A model generated the notes under the pieces. That model saw only the letters and a list, made by a program, of their open reading frames with translations, made no database searches and had not been told where the DNA came from. Both the position numbers and the translations under genes were made by a program. A stretch of DNA of 57,217 nt from Desulfobacter postgatei (GTDB lineage Bacteria; Desulfobacterota; Desulfobacteria; Desulfobacterales; Desulfobacteraceae), in the NCBI GenBank assembly GCA_002747145.1, contig PDTI01000014.1, positions 1 to 57,217 of the forward strand, in the 5' to 3' direction. Of the stretch, positions 39,363 to 49,298 are shown in pieces (position 1 is the first letter of the stretch; each line of letters starts with the position of its first letter).

Positions 39363-40506
39363 TACCCAGGGAACCCGGAAATACATCCCCAATCGCCTCC
39401 ATCCCTTTTTCAGGGAAAAAACCATTCTGTTTCCGGTGCTCATTCTCACCGGCATCGGCCTGGTCATGGTGTATTCGGCCTCCTGCGCCATCGCCATGAA
39501 TGAACATAACACCTTGTTTTATTATCTGAAGCGCCAGTCCATATTCCTGGTTGTCAGCCTTGGTATCATGTTTGTCACGGCGTCATTTCCTTACAAATTA
39601 TACAAAAGTATGGCCTATATCATTCTGGCTGCTGCCATCGGTCTTCTGATTGCCGTCCTGATCCCGTCGCTGGGCATCAAAGCCAACAATGCCCGGCGGT
39701 GGATTGATTTTGGACTGTTCTCATTCCAGCCCGCAGAATTTGCCAAGCTCGCCTTGATCCTTTTCATGGCCTACTCTTTGTCCAAAAAACAGGAACTAGG
39801 AAAACTGCGGGAGTTTTCCATTGGTATGGTGCCCCATGTCATGGTGTTCAGTCTCATGGCCGGGCTTATCCTGTGCCAGCCTGATTTCGGCACCATCGTG
39901 GTCATGGGCATGATCTGCTGGGGAATGATGTTCACGGCAGGCGTACCTCTACTGCATTTGCTCAGTCCGCTGCCGGTGGTCATCCCTGTGGTATATTTCC
40001 TGGTTTTTAAGGTCGATTACCGGCTAAAGCGGATCCTTGGATTCCTGAATCCCTGGGAAGATCCGTTAGGCATTGGGTTCCAGCTCACCAATTCCCTGAA
40101 GGCCTTTGGATCGGGCGGTCTGTTCGGCAAAGGTGTTGGGCTTTCCATGCAGAAAATGCACTTTCTGCCCGAACCCCATACGGATTTTATTTTCTCCATC
40201 ATCGGCGAAGAGCTGGGGCTGATCGGCGTGACAGCCATCCTGGTGCTTTACGGTATCATCCTGAACACCGGCACCCGCATCGCCAGACAGGCAGATACCT
40301 TTTTCGGGGCTGTCGCAGCCACGGGCATCACCCTGTATCTCGGCCTTCAGGTCTTTATCAACACAGGCGTGGCCTTAGGGCTGCTGCCCACCAAGGGGCT
40401 GACCCTGCCCTTTATCTCCTATGGCGGGACATCCCTGATCATCAATATGGCAGCCATGGGTATTTTAATGAACATAGGAGCCTGGGCAAACCATGTCAAC
40501 ACATAA
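39355..40506 (+). CDS. ftsW: SEDS glycosyltransferase FtsW
   Basis: MVYSAS, ARRWI, FQPAEFAK, QPDFGT, LPEPHTDFIF, PTKGLTLPFISYGG. Confidence 0.96.
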   Translation: MADTQGTRKYIPNRLHPFFREKTILFPVLILTGIGLVMVYSASCAIAMNEHNTLFYYLKRQSIFLVVSLGIMFVTASFPYKLYKSMAYIILAAAIGLLIAVLIPSLGIKANNARRWIDFGLFSFQPAEFAKLALILFMAYSLSKKQELGKLREFSIGMVPHVMVFSLMAGLILCQPDFGTIVVMGMICWGMMFTAGVPLLHLLSPLPVVIPVVYFLVFKVDYRLKRILGFLNPWEDPLGIGFQLTNSLKAFGSGGLFGKGVGLSMQKMHFLPEPHTDFIFSIIGEELGLIGVTAILVLYGIILNTGTRIARQADTFFGAVAATGITLYLGLQVFINTGVALGLLPTKGLTLPFISYGGTSLIINMAAMGILMNIGAWANHVNT

Positions 40507-41611
40507 ACATGTCATCATTGCCGGCGGAAAAACAGGGGGCCATCTGTTCCCGGGTATTGCCGTGGCCCAGGCGTTGAAGGAAAAGGATCCATCCACAAGC
40601 ATTCTTTTTGTGGGCACCAACGCCCCCTTTGAAACCCAAATCCTGTCCCGGTACGGATTTGCGCATAAATCAATTCTGTCCAAGCCCATAAAGGGGAAAA
40701 ATATTGTGGCAAAGGCCTGGTCAGCCGGTCTGGTGTGCATCAGCCTGATCCAGGCCCTGGTGATCATCATTGGGTTCAGGGCGGATTTTATTCTGGGCAT
40801 GGGGGGGTTTTCATCCTTTGCTCTGGTTCTGGCCGGGCGCATCCTTTTCAGGGACACGGCCATCCATGAGCAAAATGCCTTTCCCGGTATGACCAACCGC
40901 ATGCTGTCCAACATTGCCCGGACCCGGTTTATCTGCTTTAAACAGACAAAGGGGATGCCGGAAAATGAGACCACCTTTCTGGTGGGCAACCCGATACGCC
41001 GCCCTTTAAAACATGCCCACGACCCTGTCAGAACAAATGAACGTGTGCTTGACCAAATTACTGAAAATGATTTTCTGATTCTTGTCACCGGCGGCAGCCA
41101 GGGGGCAGTTTCCATCAATGGGGCGTTCATGGATGCTGTGGCAATGATGAAAGAGACAAAACAGCTGTTCATCATTCACCAGACCGGAAAGCGTGCGGAA
41201 GCAGAAATCCGGCAATTTTATGATACCAGAAATATCCGGCACAACGCCGCAGCCTTTTTCCACGATATGCCGGCCATCCAGGACCGGGCAGACCTGGTCA
41301 TCAGCCGGGCAGGGGCTGGCACGATATCGGAGCTGTGTATCAAGGGGAAACCGGCTATCCTGGTCCCCTACCCCCATGCGGCAGACGACCACCAGACAGC
41401 AAACGCAACATCTCTGGCCGACCAGGACGCCTGCATCATGATTCCAGACAAAGACTTGACCGGTGAAACCCTGTTGGCAGCCATTGAAGACCTGCGACAC
41501 GATACAAAAAAAAGGGCCAGGATGGCAGCCACCATGAAGCAGTTTGGCATGCCCCATGGCGCAGACCTCATTGCCGGCCATATTTTAGGGGTGGATGTTT
41601 TAAAAAGGTAA
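40493..41611 (+). CDS. murG: lipid II GlcNAc transferase
   Basis: GGKTGGHLFPG, HEQN..PG.TN, GNPIR, GGSQGA, SRAGAGT..E, HQ..NA. Confidence 0.96.
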   Translation: MSTHKHVIIAGGKTGGHLFPGIAVAQALKEKDPSTSILFVGTNAPFETQILSRYGFAHKSILSKPIKGKNIVAKAWSAGLVCISLIQALVIIIGFRADFILGMGGFSSFALVLAGRILFRDTAIHEQNAFPGMTNRMLSNIARTRFICFKQTKGMPENETTFLVGNPIRRPLKHAHDPVRTNERVLDQITENDFLILVTGGSQGAVSINGAFMDAVAMMKETKQLFIIHQTGKRAEAEIRQFYDTRNIRHNAAAFFHDMPAIQDRADLVISRAGAGTISELCIKGKPAILVPYPHAADDHQTANATSLADQDACIMIPDKDLTGETLLAAIEDLRHDTKKRARMAATMKQFGMPHGADLIAGHILGVDVLKR

Positions 41612-41615
41612 GAAG

Positions 41616-42983
41616 ATGTACCAGCATGATTATCACATACACTTTGTAGGCATTGGCGGTATCGGTATGAGCGGCATTGCCGAGCTGCTGCTAAATCTTG
41701 GCTACACCATCTCCGGGTCTGATCTCAAGCTGTCCCACATCACGGACCGGCTCAAGGAAAAAGGCGCGGTGATTTACAAGGGCCATGCCAAAAACAATAT
41801 CCAGGAGATCAATGTCGTGGTCACCTCATCGGCCATTTCACCCCAGAACCCGGAAGTGATCCGGGCAAAAGAGCTGGGCTGCCCCATCATCCCCCGGGCT
41901 GAAATGCTGGCCGAACTGATGCGCATCAAATACGCCATTGCCGTGGCAGGGGCCCATGGCAAAACCTCCACCACGGCCATGATATCCCAGATCCTTAACA
42001 CCGCAGGACTTGATCCCACAGTCATCATCGGCGGCCTGCTCCAGGGGCCGGACACCAATGCCCTGCATGGGTCTGGGGAATTTATTGTGGCCGAGGCAGA
42101 TGAAAGCGACGGCTCATTTCTCAAATATGCCCCGGCCATTGCGGCTGTGACCAACATTGATCTGGAGCATCTTGATTTTTATAAAGATATTGAAGAGATA
42201 AAAGATAAGTTTGTCCAGTTCATCAACTCCGTTCCCTTTTACGGTCTTGCCATCCTCTGCCTGGACAACCCCCATATCCAGGATATTCTGCCCAGGATCA
42301 CAGCGCGGTACACCACCTACGGCATGACGGCCCAGTCAGCACTTAAAGCCGGAAACATCCGGTTTGAAAATGGGAAATCGGTATTCAATGTATTCAAGGC
42401 AGAACAGGATCTGGGCCCAATTATGTTAAATATCGGCGGTCAGCACAATATTCTCAATGCCATGGCCGGTATTGCCGTGGGCCTGGAGCTGAACATCCCC
42501 TATGACACCATCAAAAAGGCACTGGAAGAGATCAAAGGCGTCAAACGCCGCCTGGAGATCAAAGGAGAAGCCAAAGGCATTACGGTGATGGATGACTACG
42601 GCCATCACCCCACAGAGATCAAGGCCACCTTGACTGCGGTCAGGGAAAGCTATCCGGACAAACGGCTGATTGTGGTATTCCAGCCCCACAGGTACACAAG
42701 AACACAGGCGTTGTTCCAGAAGTTCACCCGGGCCTTTTACCAGTCACACGTACTCATCGTGCTGCCCATTTACGCGGCTTCGGAAGCCCCCATAGACGGC
42801 GTGGATTCCGAAAAACTTGTGGCGGGCATCACGGCCCATGGCCACAAAGATGCCTGCTTTGCCCCGGATTTCACCCAGGCATTATCCATCATTACCCATA
42901 AGGCAAAGCCGGGGGATATGGTGCTCACCCTTGGGGCCGGGGATGTGTACATCCTTGGGGAAAAACTGATGGAGATTTTGTAA
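41616..42983 (+). CDS. murC: UDP-MurNAc:L-Ala ligase
   Basis: HFVGIGGIGMSGIA, GAHGKTSTT, EADESDGSF, DDYGHHPTE, FQPHRYTRT. Confidence 0.97.
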   Translation: MYQHDYHIHFVGIGGIGMSGIAELLLNLGYTISGSDLKLSHITDRLKEKGAVIYKGHAKNNIQEINVVVTSSAISPQNPEVIRAKELGCPIIPRAEMLAELMRIKYAIAVAGAHGKTSTTAMISQILNTAGLDPTVIIGGLLQGPDTNALHGSGEFIVAEADESDGSFLKYAPAIAAVTNIDLEHLDFYKDIEEIKDKFVQFINSVPFYGLAILCLDNPHIQDILPRITARYTTYGMTAQSALKAGNIRFENGKSVFNVFKAEQDLGPIMLNIGGQHNILNAMAGIAVGLELNIPYDTIKKALEEIKGVKRRLEIKGEAKGITVMDDYGHHPTEIKATLTAVRESYPDKRLIVVFQPHRYTRTQALFQKFTRAFYQSHVLIVLPIYAASEAPIDGVDSEKLVAGITAHGHKDACFAPDFTQALSIITHKAKPGDMVLTLGAGDVYILGEKLMEIL

Positions 42984-42986
42984 ACC

Positions 42987-43979
42987 ATGGGACAACGCTG
43001 CAGCATAAAAAAGATGTTTGCTCCCTTTGGGCCCCAAACGCACAAAGCCATGGACAGGTACACCAGTTTCAGGGTGGGGGGGCCTGCGGATCTGCTGGTG
43101 CTGCCGCAAACCATGGAACAGGTGATCGCTCTGGCCCGAACGGCAGACAAAGCCGGGCTGCCGGTTACCATTATCGGCGGCGGCACCAATGTACTGATAT
43201 CGGACAACGGAATCCGGGGGCTTGTCATGGTCCTGACCCGGCTGAAACAAACAATTGAACAGACAACATCTCCCATGACCCCAGACCACACATCACCAGA
43301 CCGGATTGATGTAACCGCCCTTGCCGGAGAACGTCTTGGCAGCCTTTGCAGATATGCGGCTGACCAGGGTCTGGCCGGTCTGGCGTGGGCAGCCGGGATT
43401 CCCGGCACCATTGGGGGGGCCGTGATGATGAATGCAGGCGCCTTTGGCAGCGACATGAGCCACGTTGTCAAACAGATCGAAGTCCTGGACCTTACCACCC
43501 TGGAAACATCTGTTCTGCCGGCAGACAGACTTGAATTTTCCTACCGGAAACTTGCCCTTGACAACAGTATTATACTCAAGGTCCGGCTTGGGCTGATCCA
43601 GGATGAGACCGGAACCGTCAGGGAGGAATTTTACCGCAACCTGAAAGCAAAACAATCCACCCAGCCGGTGTCCCAGGCATCTGCCGGGTGTTTTTTCAAA
43701 AACCCCCCGGGCGGTCAATCAGCAGGCTTTCTCATTGAGCAGGCCGGCATGAAAGGCGCCCGGTACAACGGGGCCATGGTATCAGATCTGCACGCCAATT
43801 TTATTATCAACCATGGCAACGCCTGTACCAAAGATATCCTGAGCCTGGCCGGCCAGGTAAAGAAACACGTATATGAAAAATTCGGAGTGACCCTTAAAGA
43901 AGAGGTAAAAACCATTGGCAGCAAAGAAAAATACCCCAAACAGATACAGAGGGCAGGATCCAAAAACCAGAAAACTTAA
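42987..43979 (+). CDS. murB: UDP-N-acetylmuramate dehydrogenase
   Basis: TSFRVGGPAD, GGGTNVL, GIPGTIGGA..MNAGAFG, SAGCFFKNP, HANF. Confidence 0.95.
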   Translation: MGQRCSIKKMFAPFGPQTHKAMDRYTSFRVGGPADLLVLPQTMEQVIALARTADKAGLPVTIIGGGTNVLISDNGIRGLVMVLTRLKQTIEQTTSPMTPDHTSPDRIDVTALAGERLGSLCRYAADQGLAGLAWAAGIPGTIGGAVMMNAGAFGSDMSHVVKQIEVLDLTTLETSVLPADRLEFSYRKLALDNSIILKVRLGLIQDETGTVREEFYRNLKAKQSTQPVSQASAGCFFKNPPGGQSAGFLIEQAGMKGARYNGAMVSDLHANFIINHGNACTKDILSLAGQVKKHVYEKFGVTLKEEVKTIGSKEKYPKQIQRAGSKNQKT

Positions 43980-44814
43980 CTCGTTTTTTCATGCCAAAGC
44001 CCTTTGGGAAAAGTGCTTCCTTTTTCTTTTCATCGGTGCACTGAGTCTTGGCTGCATCTATGTACACGATGCAGTGCTCCAGTGCCCTGTCTTTGATGTT
44101 AAAACCATTATGATTGACGGTCTTGACCGGGTAACCAGGAACGAAGTCCTGACCCGGACAGGACTTGATCAACCCGCCAATATTTTTGAACTGCAGCCGG
44201 ATCTGCTGGAAAAAAAGCTGAACACCCATCCATGGATTCGCATGGCCACGGTGAAGCGAAAGCTTTTATCCACCATTACCATTAACATTGAAGAACAGAT
44301 CCCCCTGGCGATCGTGAGCCTTGAAAACCTGGCAGATATCGTCATCAACACCCAGGGAGCGCCGTTTAAAGAGTATGAACCGGCCAAGGATGATCTGGCG
44401 GCGTTGCCGGTTATATCCGGGGTGGATTTAAGCTTGTCCAACAGCACTTACCTGTTTGAAGGGGATTTGTTCAATGCTGTCATGGAAATCTTAAGAATCA
44501 AAGGAGTTGGACAAATTCACACCATTTTGGGAGATGAACATACAGGTATACTCATCAATATATTCAACACACGCCCGGATACAGGGTTCACGAAAAATGC
44601 CGGCAACACAACATCTGAAAATAAGACTGTTCTTCCGGTTAAACTAGGGTTTGACCAATTTGAAAAAAAACTTGCAAGAACCAGGCAGATTCAGCGCTAT
44701 ATGGAGAACCACTATCCGGACAAAACCATATCAGCCATAGATCTTTTCAGCCTGAAAAAAGTGTTTGTGACACTGGAAGATGCGGCCCAAAACACTACAG
44801 AAAAGGGGGTTTAA
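43915..44814 (+). CDS. ftsQ: cell division protein FtsQ/DivIB
   Basis: TM plus POTRA (HPWI..A.V.R), LPVISG, position; TTG start with GAGG, overlapping the murB tail. Confidence 0.85.
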   Translation: MAAKKNTPNRYRGQDPKTRKLNSFFHAKALWEKCFLFLFIGALSLGCIYVHDAVLQCPVFDVKTIMIDGLDRVTRNEVLTRTGLDQPANIFELQPDLLEKKLNTHPWIRMATVKRKLLSTITINIEEQIPLAIVSLENLADIVINTQGAPFKEYEPAKDDLAALPVISGVDLSLSNSTYLFEGDLFNAVMEILRIKGVGQIHTILGDEHTGILINIFNTRPDTGFTKNAGNTTSENKTVLPVKLGFDQFEKKLARTRQIQRYMENHYPDKTISAIDLFSLKKVFVTLEDAAQNTTEKGV

Positions 44815-44815
44815 C

Positions 44816-46042
44816 TTGCAGGAAAGCGAAAATTTACTGGTGGGACTTGACATCGGTACAACCAAAATCTGTGCCGTCGTAGGGGAGATGCTTGATGATG
44901 AGATCAACATCATCGGTGTGGGCTGCCACCCGTCCACAGGGCTTCGCAAGGGATCCGTAGTCAACATTGAGTCCACAGTGGATTCCATTAAAAAGGCTGT
45001 GGAGGAGGCCGAAATCATGGCGGACTGCAATATCTCTTCTGTTTACGTGGGGATTGCAGGCAACCATATCAAAGGGTTCAACAGCCATGGTATCATTGCC
45101 ATTAAAGGGCGGGAAATCACTGAAATGGATGTGGAACGGGTCATTGACGCAGCCAAGGCGGTTGCCATCCCCCCGGACAGGGAAATTCTGCATGTCATTT
45201 CACAAGAATTTATTGTGGATGAGATGACATCCATCCAGAATCCCGTGGGGATGACCGCCGTACGCCTGGAAGCCAAGATCCATATCATCACAGGTGCGGT
45301 CTCTGCAGCGCGCAACATTATCAAGTGCTGCCACAAGGCAGGGCTTGAGGTCTGCGATATTGCACTTGAATCTCTGGCCTCGGGCTATGCCGTTCTCACC
45401 AATGAAGAAAAGGAGCTCGGCTGCATCCTGGCGGATATGGGGGGCGGAACCACAGACCTGGCCCTGTTCAAAGACAACAACCTGAAATTTATTTACGAAC
45501 TTACCGTTGGCGGTCATAACCTGACCAACGATATTTCCATAGGGCTTCGCACCCCCTTGCCCGAAGCGGAAAAAATCAAGACAAAACACGGCACCTGCAT
45601 CCCCCAAAACGTCAGGCCCCATGATGTCATTGAGGTGCCGGCAGTGGGGGGCAGAGCACCCAAGCGTCTGCCCAAGGCAATTCTTGCTGAAATCCTGGAA
45701 CCCCGGGTGGAGGAGATCTTTACGCTGCTGAAACAGGAGTTGTTTTCCAACGGACTTGAAAACAGTTATCCTGCCGGATTTATACTCACCGGCGGCAGTG
45801 TCGTCATGGACGGGATTTCAGAAATGGCGGAATCGGTATTCAGCGTACCCGTTCGGATCGGTGAAGTCGAACGTATCGGTGGACTCAAAGATATTGTTAA
45901 AAACCCAGCATACGCCACAGGCGTAGGACTGATCATTTTCGGATCAAAAACAAGCTGCCGTATCCAGAATGTCAAGTCCGATTCCCAGATGCTGCAAATG
46001 ATTTTCAATAAAATGAAACAATGGTTTAAAAATATTATTTAA
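44816..46042 (+). CDS. ftsA: cell division protein FtsA
   Basis: GLDIGTTKIC, GLRKG.VVNI, DMGGGTTD, LTGG, ATGVGL. Confidence 0.97.
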   Translation: MQESENLLVGLDIGTTKICAVVGEMLDDEINIIGVGCHPSTGLRKGSVVNIESTVDSIKKAVEEAEIMADCNISSVYVGIAGNHIKGFNSHGIIAIKGREITEMDVERVIDAAKAVAIPPDREILHVISQEFIVDEMTSIQNPVGMTAVRLEAKIHIITGAVSAARNIIKCCHKAGLEVCDIALESLASGYAVLTNEEKELGCILADMGGGTTDLALFKDNNLKFIYELTVGGHNLTNDISIGLRTPLPEAEKIKTKHGTCIPQNVRPHDVIEVPAVGGRAPKRLPKAILAEILEPRVEEIFTLLKQELFSNGLENSYPAGFILTGGSVVMDGISEMAESVFSVPVRIGEVERIGGLKDIVKNPAYATGVGLIIFGSKTSCRIQNVKSDSQMLQMIFNKMKQWFKNII

Positions 46043-46061
46043 ATCCATACAGGAGGTGGAT

Positions 46062-47378
46062 ATGACTTTTTCCTATGTAGAAAATAATAACACAGCTAAA
46101 ATTAAGGTGATCGGTGTCGGCGGGGCCGGCGGAAACGCGGTAAACAATATGATTGACGCAAAACTTCAAGGCGTGAAATTCATTGTGGCCAACACCGATG
46201 CCCAGGCCCTGGAGCATTCCAGAGCCGAAGTTAAAATTCAGATAGGCACCCAGCTCACAGAAGGGCTTGGGGCCGGTGCAGATCCCAATGTGGGCAGAGA
46301 CGCTGCCCTGGAAAGCATGGATGAGCTGCGTGAAGCCCTTGCAGACAGCCACATGGTCTTTATTACTGCAGGATTCGGCGGTGGCACCGGCACAGGGGCC
46401 GCTCCTGTGATTGCAGAAATATGCAAGGATCTTAACATTCTGACTGTGGCGGTTGCCTCCAAACCGTTCTCCTTTGAGGGAAAAAAACGGGAAAATGCAG
46501 CCCTTGACGGCTTAAAAAAACTGCAGGAAATTACAGACACCGTCATCACCATCCCCAATGACCGGCTGCGCGGCATTGCCGGCAAAGGGGCACGTATGAA
46601 GGATATGTTCATCAAAGCCGATGAAATTTTGCATCACTCCGTTAAAGGCATCACGGATTTGATCATGATGCCCGGCCACGTCAACCTGGACTTTGCCGAT
46701 GTAAAAACCACCATGCAGAAAGCAGGCAAAGCGTTAATGGGCATTGGCATCGCCGCCGGGGAAAACCGGGCCACAGAAGCGGCGGAACGTGCCATTTCCC
46801 ACCCGCTGCTGGAAGATATCTCCGTATCCGGTGCCAAGGGTGTGCTGATGAATATCACATCAAGTTCTGATCTGACCCTTGACGAAATGACCGAAGCCTG
46901 CGACCGCATCTACCAGGAAGTTGGTGAAGATGCAGAAATCATCTGGGGCCAGACCTTTGACGAAGAGCTCGGGGATGAGATCCGCATCACCGTCATTGCC
47001 ACAGGTATCGGTATGGAACAACCGGTGTTTACTGAAAATATGCGCAGATTTGACCCCCATACCATCCCAACCTATGCACAGCAGCCCCAGCAGACAGGTG
47101 TGGCTAACGGTACTTATGGGGCATACGCGCCTGTTTCGGCCTATGGTCAGGGTGCACCGGATATGGGGCAGTCCACACCCGGCAATCACCAGGGTTCCAT
47201 TGCCAGGGGGATTGTAAGGGATGCCACGGAAGAGGATATGGCCAACTGGGATGAACCGGTGCGTGTTATTCGCCACAAACGTGCGGTCGGAGATGACGAC
47301 CAGATCCAGGACTACGGCACGCACTTTGATAGTGACGATCTGGAGGTTCCCACTTTTTTAAGACGTAAAGCAGATTAG
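46062..47378 (+). CDS. ftsZ: cell division protein FtsZ
   Basis: VIGVGGAGGNAVN, GGGTGTG, NLDFADV, C-terminal LEVPTFLR. Confidence 0.98.
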   Translation: MTFSYVENNNTAKIKVIGVGGAGGNAVNNMIDAKLQGVKFIVANTDAQALEHSRAEVKIQIGTQLTEGLGAGADPNVGRDAALESMDELREALADSHMVFITAGFGGGTGTGAAPVIAEICKDLNILTVAVASKPFSFEGKKRENAALDGLKKLQEITDTVITIPNDRLRGIAGKGARMKDMFIKADEILHHSVKGITDLIMMPGHVNLDFADVKTTMQKAGKALMGIGIAAGENRATEAAERAISHPLLEDISVSGAKGVLMNITSSSDLTLDEMTEACDRIYQEVGEDAEIIWGQTFDEELGDEIRITVIATGIGMEQPVFTENMRRFDPHTIPTYAQQPQQTGVANGTYGAYAPVSAYGQGAPDMGQSTPGNHQGSIARGIVRDATEEDMANWDEPVRVIRHKRAVGDDDQIQDYGTHFDSDDLEVPTFLRRKAD

Positions 47379-47393
47379 GCCAGATTAGGCCCT

Positions 47394-49178
47394 TTAAAAG
47401 GGCCAGGCCAACGGAATGAACAAAGACGCCAGGAGCACCACAATAAGGCTCAGGGGCAGGCCCAGCTTGAGAAAGTCTGAAAACCGGTATCCCCCCGGGC
47501 CATATACCAGCAGGTTGGTCTGGTAACCGATGGGGGTGGCAAAGCAGGCGGATGCCCCGAAACAGATTCCCATGATAAAGGGTTTGGGATTCACCCCCAG
47601 GGAAGTGGCTGTGGACGCGGCAATGGGCAGGAGCAGAACCGCTGTGGCATTGTTGGACAGGATGTGGGTGGAGATACTGGCTAACAGGATGATGGCCGAA
47701 AGGATCACCCCCGGTTCCATCCCTCTGAACAGATCCAGAAACAGGCCTGCATAGAGGGTGGTGGCCCCTGTTTTTTCCATGGCGCTTCCCAGGGCAATGG
47801 TGGCGATGATCAGCAGCAGCACATCAGGCTCCAGGGCGTTGTAAGCATCCTTAAGGGTGAGACAATGGGTAAGGGTCATGAGAAACACCCCGGCAAACGC
47901 GCAGGTCATGATCCCAGCCAATCCAAATGTGGCGGCCAGCACCACGCCTGAAAATATAGTGATGGCCAGTTTGGCTTTTTCCTTGTCAATCAGGGCATGG
48001 TGGACATCTTCAAGGATGATGAATTCCATGCTCTGGCGTATCTTGTCCAGCTTGTACCTGGGGCATCTGACCAGGATGATATCCCCGATTTTCAACCGGA
48101 CACTGCGAATTTTTCTATGGGTGTAATGGGTTTTTCTGGTCCGGATGGCGATGATCTGGATCTCCGGGTCATCTTTCAACTCGGTGGAATGGAGCCGCTC
48201 CTGGCGCAGGCTGGACATGGGGGGAACAATGAGTTCAATAATCAGATCATCTTTGAGTTCTGTGCCCGGATGAAGATTTTCCTCCCCCAGAGCAGGCAAA
48301 AAAAGCTTTCTTTTAAGGCAGCTTACCAGGTCCTCTGCAGAGCCTTTTACCAGAAGAATATCCGCTTCTTCCAAGGTGGTCGGGGTTCTTACGGGATCAA
48401 TAATATTGCCTTTACGAAATATTTCGATAATTTCCAGCCCATACGCTGATGCAACTTGATCCATAAAATTCTCATCTCCGATCAAGGGGTTTTGTTCTGA
48501 GACAATAAGTTCTGCAAGATAGCGTTTTTCACTGGTCTCATTGAGTTCGCACACAGGACCCCTGCGGCCTGGCATGACAGGGCCTGAAAAGACCAAAAGA
48601 AACCCCAGACCTGCAAGGGCAATGGGCACGCCTACCTTTGCCAGTTCAAACATGGATAACGGCGCAAACCCGTACACGGTTGAAAGGTCGCTGACAATGA
48701 GGTTGGTGGAGGTGCCGATAAGGGTGCAGGTTCCTGCCAGAATGGAAACATAGGACATGGGGATGAGCAGGGTGGAGGGCGAAAAGTCGCATTGGCAGCT
48801 TAAGGCCATGACGATGGGGATAAAAAGTATCACCACCGGGGTGTTGTTGATAAAGGCCGAGGACAGCCCCACTGTGATCAGAATCAAAAGAAAGGCCATT
48901 TTTTTATTGGCCTTGGACATGGCCAGCACCAGGTGGGAAATAAAGCCCACAGCCCCGGTGCGCATCAGCCCCCGGCTCAGAAGAAACATGGCGCCCACGG
49001 TCAGAACCGCTGGGTTGGAAAAGCCGGCCACCGTCTCTTTTGGGGAGAGGATGCCTGTGATGGAAAGCGCCACCAATATGCCCATGGCTGTCTTATCCAC
49101 TGATATTTTCCCAGAGATCAGCAGAAACAGGGCAATGAAAAGAATCAAGGTCACCAATTGAATATCTAAGGAGAACAT
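47394..49178 (-). CDS. SLC13/CitMHS-type anion permease with TrkA-C domains
   Basis: GFSNPAVLTV, SAFINNTP, GTCTLIGTSTN, LSNNATA, TPIGYQTN..VYGPGGY.F.DF. Confidence 0.9.
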   Translation of the reverse strand: MFSLDIQLVTLILFIALFLLISGKISVDKTAMGILVALSITGILSPKETVAGFSNPAVLTVGAMFLLSRGLMRTGAVGFISHLVLAMSKANKKMAFLLILITVGLSSAFINNTPVVILFIPIVMALSCQCDFSPSTLLIPMSYVSILAGTCTLIGTSTNLIVSDLSTVYGFAPLSMFELAKVGVPIALAGLGFLLVFSGPVMPGRRGPVCELNETSEKRYLAELIVSEQNPLIGDENFMDQVASAYGLEIIEIFRKGNIIDPVRTPTTLEEADILLVKGSAEDLVSCLKRKLFLPALGEENLHPGTELKDDLIIELIVPPMSSLRQERLHSTELKDDPEIQIIAIRTRKTHYTHRKIRSVRLKIGDIILVRCPRYKLDKIRQSMEFIILEDVHHALIDKEKAKLAITIFSGVVLAATFGLAGIMTCAFAGVFLMTLTHCLTLKDAYNALEPDVLLLIIATIALGSAMEKTGATTLYAGLFLDLFRGMEPGVILSAIILLASISTHILSNNATAVLLLPIAASTATSLGVNPKPFIMGICFGASACFATPIGYQTNLLVYGPGGYRFSDFLKLGLPLSLIVVLLASLFIPLAWPF

Positions 49179-49231
49179 TGCATATCCTTTGGGTATGGTT
49201 TACATCACACAAGAATATAATAATTCTGGGT

Positions 49232-49268
49232 AAAAAGAACAATGCCCCCCAGGGCAACTGGGGGGCAT
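49232..49268 (-). terminator. intrinsic terminator-like hairpin
   Basis: ATGCCCCCCAG-loop-CTGGGGGGCAT, followed on the minus strand by TGTTCTTTTT. Confidence 0.7.
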
Positions 49269-49298
49269 CTTTCAAGTCACGCCATGATCAAACAGGCT

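Noticed and set aside
40517-40545. MurG G-loop GGKTGGH variant
   Set aside because: Single substitution in an otherwise intact essential gene; likely lineage variation
47371-47390. 10-bp tandem duplication CAGATTAGGC at the ftsZ stop
   Set aside because: Single small duplication that does not alter the protein; no evidence of function
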